Below are positions 36,756-41,796 of a DNA stretch of 41,796 bases, in pieces. How positions within the stretch are numbered: position 1 is the first letter of the stretch; every line of letters starts with the position of its first letter. Below the pieces are notes generated by a model. It searched no databases and had not been told where the DNA came from. It saw only the letters and a program-made list of their open reading frames with translations. The translations under genes and the position numbers were made by a program. The stretch lies in contig JAYSZA010000007.1 in the NCBI GenBank assembly GCA_043727115.1, positions 1-41,796 on the forward strand, written 5' to 3'. The stretch is from Candidatus Saccharimonadota bacterium (GTDB taxonomy: Bacteria; Patescibacteriota; Saccharimonadia; Saccharimonadales; SZUA-47).

Positions 36756-37424
36756 CTAGTCTACTGACGTTACGTAATCTTCTTGTATTAGTACAATAGC
36801 GTGACGTGCTTCGTCAAGCACCGTAACCTGATGCGCTACTGGTTGCCTCCAGCAAACTACATCGCCAGGCTCAAGAAAACCTTCCAAAATTGTTGCGTGT
36901 CCTATATCTTCCAGGGTTGCTTCGGATTCGAGCATATTAAGTTGATATTTGGACAGAGTTCTTCCTGGAACTATTATCTGTGAGCGTTCTTCTACGACGC
37001 TAAATATTGCCTGACCAGCTAAATTTAACGAGAAAGCTAGACCGTAGGGAAGATACAGTTCATTGTCGTTATCGGTGCCTACGACATCTGTATGCCACCC
37101 TATCCCACGGCCCGTTTCTACTAGTTCAATGGACGTATGTTGTACGGTGTTCGATGGCCACAACTCAGTGTCAAGTGGTTGCCTAGAAAAGTGTCCCAAG
37201 TCAAAACCAAGGCCCTGCAAAGTTCTGGTGACACCACCAGGATATGCGTGCTTATTTATAGCTCCTTCGACAAAACTTGCATCGTATAGTTCTCTGAGCT
37301 GACCTTGAACTCCGGCCACCATACCCCGAAAAACAAGAGCATTAATGTCATACTCGTGGATTAGACTCATCGCTTCAGGCATTCTCTCTGGAGAGAACCC
37401 AACTATTGAAATCATTTCGGGCAT
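36756..37424 (-). CDS. Hypothetical protein with a probable 2OG-Fe(II) oxygenase/cupin fold
   Basis: IGWHTD (HxD), SLNL.G.A.F, LEPGDVV, AHQV......R. Confidence 0.6.
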   Translation of the reverse strand: MPEMISIVGFSPERMPEAMSLIHEYDINALVFRGMVAGVQGQLRELYDASFVEGAINKHAYPGGVTRTLQGLGFDLGHFSRQPLDTELWPSNTVQHTSIELVETGRGIGWHTDVVGTDNDNELYLPYGLAFSLNLAGQAIFSVVEERSQIIVPGRTLSKYQLNMLESEATLEDIGHATILEGFLEPGDVVCWRQPVAHQVTVLDEARHAIVLIQEDYVTSVD

Positions 37425-37552
37425 TTAGTCTGTACTGTATAGTGTTTTTTGCTTATATGTCAATTTTGTAACTTTGTAATATGTTGATTATCCCCGTTAC
37501 GGCACTTTTTTGCGTTTGATAGATAACTAAAGCATAATAACAATTAAACAAT

Positions 37553-38719
37553 ATGCCACTCTACAGAAAAATAATCATCATAATAGTAAATAGCCTGTTT
37601 CGACTGTTGTTGTTTTTCACAGTCAGCATTATTGCCTCGGTCTGGCTGTATGCCGACAGAGACTATGTTCCGACTGTACTTTCGCGTAATAATGTCTACG
37701 AGAAGATTGTGCCTTCTCTTGTAGAAACGAATAAGGAACAGTCTCTTACGGCAGGCGGCGATATAAAGCTGAGCGATCCCGATATTCAGAAAATAATATC
37801 CGATTCGTTCCCCGCAAATGAACTGGAGCAACACACTAACACAATAATCAATGCTGCCTACGACTGGCTCGAGCAAGAAAAGTCTGTTTTCACATTCCGT
37901 ATAGATTTGTCCGAGAACAAGCAAAGACTCGCTGAGGGTTTTAGCGACTACGCAATAAATAGACTGAAAAGCCTGCCTGAATGTCCAGATTTTTCCCTAG
38001 AAATAGACCCATTTAGTACTTCATGCCAACCGTCATTTATAAACTACGAGGTAGAGCGAGTAGTTTTAGTAGAACAGTTTGTTAATGAAGCCGAATTCCT
38101 AGAAGAAACTGTAATAACTGAGAAATCCATTTTCAAAGACCCAAACGAGAGCTTAGAAACAAAATACAGTGATGCTCCGATATTTTATAGCCTAGCTACT
38201 GTCTCACCACTCTACGCATCACTAATTTTAATACTACTTGCATTGGTAGTAATATTTGCAAGTTCTAGCAAAAAGATAGGATTCCGGAAAATTGGTAAGG
38301 GGCTAGTGGGCACGGGGGCTAGTTTGATTTTCTTCACAGTTATATTCAGCTTCATTGTGCCGAGAATAACTGGTTCGATAGCGGTCCTACAAACATCAGG
38401 AGAGGGCATTGACTCGCTTTTTAATAAAGTGGCTCTGGACTTTAGCCGTGACTATGCTTGGATGACAATAAAAATATGTGTCCCACTGATAGTTTTGGGT
38501 GCTGTCATGATTTTCTACGCTCATATGGGGCTTAAGAAAAAAGACTACAAAGCGGCAAAGTTAAAATCCGGAGTTGTCAGTAGCAACGAGCAGAAGAAAA
38601 AAGCAAATACCGTCAAAAAAGCAAAACCACCGGTGCAATCAAGTGAAAGTAGCGAAACAAAACCAAAAAGAAGTCGAAAAAACGCAAAGTATCGTAAAAT
38701 ACCAAAGAAGGAATTATAA
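37553..38719 (+). CDS. Membrane protein with a large extracellular loop and basic C-terminal tail
   Basis: N-terminal TM, ~180-aa loop with two Cys, 3 further TMs, Lys-rich tail. Confidence 0.75.
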   Translation: MPLYRKIIIIIVNSLFRLLLFFTVSIIASVWLYADRDYVPTVLSRNNVYEKIVPSLVETNKEQSLTAGGDIKLSDPDIQKIISDSFPANELEQHTNTIINAAYDWLEQEKSVFTFRIDLSENKQRLAEGFSDYAINRLKSLPECPDFSLEIDPFSTSCQPSFINYEVERVVLVEQFVNEAEFLEETVITEKSIFKDPNESLETKYSDAPIFYSLATVSPLYASLILILLALVVIFASSSKKIGFRKIGKGLVGTGASLIFFTVIFSFIVPRITGSIAVLQTSGEGIDSLFNKVALDFSRDYAWMTIKICVPLIVLGAVMIFYAHMGLKKKDYKAAKLKSGVVSSNEQKKKANTVKKAKPPVQSSESSETKPKRSRKNAKYRKIPKKEL

Positions 38720-38827
38720 AAATGAATCCCGTAAGAGTCCCTTTAAGAATTCTACGTTTTGGTTCATCAACATATTTTTTACAATCACAGATAATCATGT
38801 TACTTAAACTGAAAGGACTCTAACGGG

Positions 38828-39472
38828 ATGAAAATTGGAGTTATTGGATCTGGGGATGTTGGTAGAGCTATTGCTGATGGTTTAGTTGCCTCCGGCCACG
38901 AAGTTATGATTGGTACTCGAGACACTAATAGATCTGAACTAAAATCCTGGCGTAAAAAGCACGATAAACATAAATCGCTAGGTTCTACCACACAGGCGGC
39001 TAGCTACGGTGAAGTAGCGGTACTAGCTGTAGCGTGGCATGCCACAGAGGACGTTTTGTCGCAGATTAGACCAGAGCTTGCTGGCAAAGTAGTCATAGAT
39101 GTGACGAACCCGCTAATCTTCAAAGACGACGAGGCGCCTGAACTATCAATCGGCCATTCTATGAGTGGCGGCGAGATAGTCCAACAGAGCTTGCCCGACA
39201 GTCATGTCGTGAAGACTCTGAATATTATTAATCATGCAAATATAGTTAAACCTAAATACAAACAGGGCACCCCGACCATGTTTGTCTGCGGCAATAATCA
39301 GTCTGCCAAAGCCCACACCGTAGAAATGCTGATAGATTTAGGCTGGGAAGACATCGTAGACATAGGTCCAATTGAAAAAAGCCGACTACTTGAACCTCTG
39401 TGTTTGCTTTGGATTGAATACGGAGTATCGCGCGGTACCTGGGACCATGCGATTAGCATGCTAACTAACTAA
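38828..39472 (+). CDS. NADP oxidoreductase, F420-dependent family (F420_oxidored/NpdG-like)
   Basis: IGSGDVG, IG.R, VLAV, KVVIDVTNP, SGGE..Q, VVK.LN, D.G.....R.LE; GAAAGGA SD. Confidence 0.85.
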   Translation: MKIGVIGSGDVGRAIADGLVASGHEVMIGTRDTNRSELKSWRKKHDKHKSLGSTTQAASYGEVAVLAVAWHATEDVLSQIRPELAGKVVIDVTNPLIFKDDEAPELSIGHSMSGGEIVQQSLPDSHVVKTLNIINHANIVKPKYKQGTPTMFVCGNNQSAKAHTVEMLIDLGWEDIVDIGPIEKSRLLEPLCLLWIEYGVSRGTWDHAISMLTN

Positions 39473-39748
39473 ATGGGAGACAGCGACAGGACTTTTGTAG
39501 ATAAGTGTATCAGAAACGACAAGGGTTCAGTCACCATATTTCAACGACCGAATCTTACGATCCTTGTTTGGGCTATTGCGACACTACTTACAAAAATCAC
39601 TTCTGGAACTATAAACAGCTTCCTTGGATTAGTAGCATTCGGAGCGTTATTTACTTGGGCTTGGCTAGAGCTTTTCCATGGCGCAAATTACCTCCGCCGA
39701 CTACTTGGTTTTGTGGTTATCGCTGTGTCCATCTATGGTAAACTCTAG
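39473..39748 (+). CDS. Small membrane protein
   Basis: Q.PN....W and WA.LEL..G.N..RR.LG pattern; 3 TM. Confidence 0.75.
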   Translation: MGDSDRTFVDKCIRNDKGSVTIFQRPNLTILVWAIATLLTKITSGTINSFLGLVAFGALFTWAWLELFHGANYLRRLLGFVVIAVSIYGKL

Positions 39749-39804
39749 CACTAGGAATTTACTGTTTAGAGCGATATAATAGACGTATCCGAGGGGGTAA
39801 TTTT

Positions 39805-41256
39805 ATGGATAATAACCGAGTTCCTACTGAGAATATAGATATGAGTACTGAATCACAGCCAAAACGAAAACTTCCGAAATTTCGCATACCTAAAATTTCT
39901 TTAAAAAACATAAACAAAAACACAGTCCTTGCATTTATACTTGCTGTAATACTCCTACTTGTCGGGGTGACAACATTTTTGCTTACCAGAAATAAAGGCG
40001 AAGACATTGAATCGCAAGAGATTGTGAATAGTCAGCCAACAACAGAAGAAAAATCACTGACAGCAACAATCAAATTGCAAGAGGGAAGTTTCCAGGTTAA
40101 AAGCGCTGAGGATGATTGGCGGGAGGGCAACAAGGCAGACATCCTAGAAGAAGGATACTCGGTGCGCACTGTCGGCGTAGCATCTAGAGTAGTTATCGCA
40201 TTCACGGATGGCAGCGAACTACGCATAGACGCTAACAGCGAAGTATCGCTTGAAAGCGTTCGGGCCGATAGGATAGTCATCAAACACTTGGCGGGCTATA
40301 CATACAACAGGGTAATGCCAGCGGAAGGTCGTACGTACATCGTGGCAAGTAATGATGCAAAATACGAGGCTAAGGGTACTGCATTCAAAACAGCAACTAC
40401 GGGAGACGAGCAGGCCGTAGAGGTATACCATAATTCAGTCATAGAGACTAACTCCAACAAATCACCGAAATCGGGGCAGAAATTGATAGTTAAAAGCAAA
40501 GTCGCGCCGACTACAAGTGGGAAAATTGAGTCACTTGATATAGAAAAGGTCAAAGCAGACGACTTCGTAGAATGGAACCGAGGAATTGACTCAAAAGACG
40601 ACAGATTTAAAAATGACCTAGGTTTCCTACAAGACGTAACACCACCTGAGGTAACTCTTAAGATTTCTGATGGTGAGGTTATCTTTTTGGACTCAAGTGC
40701 AACTGAGGGAACTATAGAAATTAGCGGAAATACAGAGGCTAATGCAAAAGTAGCTGCACTTTCTAAATCACAATCCGGTGCTCAGCCTGTAGAGGTAACC
40801 GTTGGAACAGATGGAAGTTTCACTACACCGGTCATGTCAGCCCCTCTTGGCAGTTCCGTATTTGAATTCGTCGTCAAAGACAGAACAGGTAACACCACCA
40901 CTAAAACACTTCGTCTAACCTTCCAGCGCAAAAGCCAACCGATTGCGGTAGACACTTCTGGAGTAACACTTAGCGGTGAAGGTGATGACTCGCTTCAAAA
41001 AGTTTTACTTAGCTGGGTATACAAAGGCTCAACCAAGGCACCTGACGGTGTCAAATTGCTCTACAGCACACAAACAGATCCTGTGTATGGAGACGAAGAT
41101 ACAGAGGCACAGTTTGTCGAGTCCGGGACAGATGCAAAGGTCAAATACAATAACCTTACATCTGGTGAGACCTACTATTTCAAAGTCTGCATTCTAAATA
41201 GCTCCGCGAGCACTTGCACGCCATACAGTAACGAAATAACTGTCACCATCCCATAA
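39805..41256 (+). CDS. Membrane-anchored surface protein: FecR-like domain, Ig-like domain and FN3-like domain
   Basis: Single TM; VRT...SR..I.F.DGS.LRID.NSEV and A.GT.F (FecR); DVTPP, ISG.TE..A.V, D..GN (Ig); W, L.SG.TYYF.V, YSNE (FN3). Confidence 0.8.
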   Translation: MDNNRVPTENIDMSTESQPKRKLPKFRIPKISLKNINKNTVLAFILAVILLLVGVTTFLLTRNKGEDIESQEIVNSQPTTEEKSLTATIKLQEGSFQVKSAEDDWREGNKADILEEGYSVRTVGVASRVVIAFTDGSELRIDANSEVSLESVRADRIVIKHLAGYTYNRVMPAEGRTYIVASNDAKYEAKGTAFKTATTGDEQAVEVYHNSVIETNSNKSPKSGQKLIVKSKVAPTTSGKIESLDIEKVKADDFVEWNRGIDSKDDRFKNDLGFLQDVTPPEVTLKISDGEVIFLDSSATEGTIEISGNTEANAKVAALSKSQSGAQPVEVTVGTDGSFTTPVMSAPLGSSVFEFVVKDRTGNTTTKTLRLTFQRKSQPIAVDTSGVTLSGEGDDSLQKVLLSWVYKGSTKAPDGVKLLYSTQTDPVYGDEDTEAQFVESGTDAKVKYNNLTSGETYYFKVCILNSSASTCTPYSNEITVTIP

Positions 41257-41281
41257 GAGAAAAATTTGCTTCGGTTTCGAC

Positions 41282-41790
41282 GGCCCTTTCAGGGCCTGTT
41301 CGACATGCTTTTGTCTACAGTCACAAAAGTATGCAAAAAGTCCGCTCCCAATCAAAAACAGTCCTAGAAAAAGTCTTTCCGGAAAATATATCTACCCTGT
41401 GGGACTCCCTTTGGTCGGTCACACCGACGTCACACATACTTGCGGGTGTCGTCGGCTTTGACAGTCCTCGTCTAGATCTCTTTCCATAAATACTTTTCCT
41501 AAAGAGTTTTTAATCGATGGAGGTGGAGCTACAGTAGCTACTGAGCTTTGAAGCTAAACCAGCATAAAGCGAAAAAACCGAATTGGTGGGATCATTTTGT
41601 AGTGAGTCATTGCCGAGGACCAGTCAAAAGTACTTAAAATACGTAACCACTTTTGACCGTTTACGTCCCGCAGGCACGCTGCAAAATCATTTCATCAATA
41701 TCGTGTTCTTTTTGCCAGCTGTCGCTTCTTTGCATACTTTCTTGTCGACACAAGAAAGTATGTCATGGGTGTGGGGTGAAACCGCCCACA
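41282..41790. repeat. Composite palindromic non-coding element (REP/MITE-like), possibly truncated by the window end
   Basis: Related 36-nt hairpin modules in inverted orientation (41302-41337 and 41729-41764), two long internal stem-loops, terminal GC hairpins, no ORF of 60 aa or more. Confidence 0.7.
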
Positions 41791-41796
41791 AAAAAA

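Noticed and set aside
36753-36758. Abutting or overlapping stop codons of convergent genes (also 24891-24894)
   Set aside because: A common result of genome compaction; no specific function can be inferred.
41257-41796. CRISPR array, rRNA, tmRNA, RNase P or SRP RNA
   Set aside because: No regularly spaced direct repeats and none of the hallmark conserved motifs that I could recognise.

Overview
Gene-dense chromosomal window (standard genetic code), most likely from a Patescibacteria/CPR bacterium of the Saccharibacteria (TM7) type; this assignment is inferred from gene content and order, not a database search. The left part is housekeeping: tdk, dnaX, dnaB, a GT-C-like membrane protein, ybaB, recR, a DHH phosphoesterase and cysS. 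Next come envelope and accessory genes: an AI-2E transporter, two PimA-like GT4 enzymes, an alpha/beta hydrolase, VanY- and DacA-type carboxypeptidases, CapA, an orphan cyoE, a DEAD-box helicase and an MFS transporter. The right part holds tRNA-Gln(TTG), queA, msrA, an HI0933 flavoprotein, a NYN nuclease, a UvrD/AddA-like helicase-nuclease, several orphan ORFs, a LysM-CHAP hydrolase, MazG and a FecR/Ig/FN3 surface protein. No integrase, transposase or CRISPR array is visible. The most interesting signals are non-coding: (1) a promoter-driven ~50-nt hairpin RNA converging on the 3' end of the NYN nuclease gene (candidate RNA-antitoxin/nuclease pair); (2) a 113-nt self-closing structure between the SD and ATG of the DEAD-box gene; (3) a duplicated tRNA-Gln 3' fragment split in its T-loop by an 87-nt three-hairpin insert; (4) a ~500-nt palindromic element with inverted terminal modules at the window end; (5) a structured leader on the LysM-CHAP gene; (6) window-wide leaderless-type promoters.
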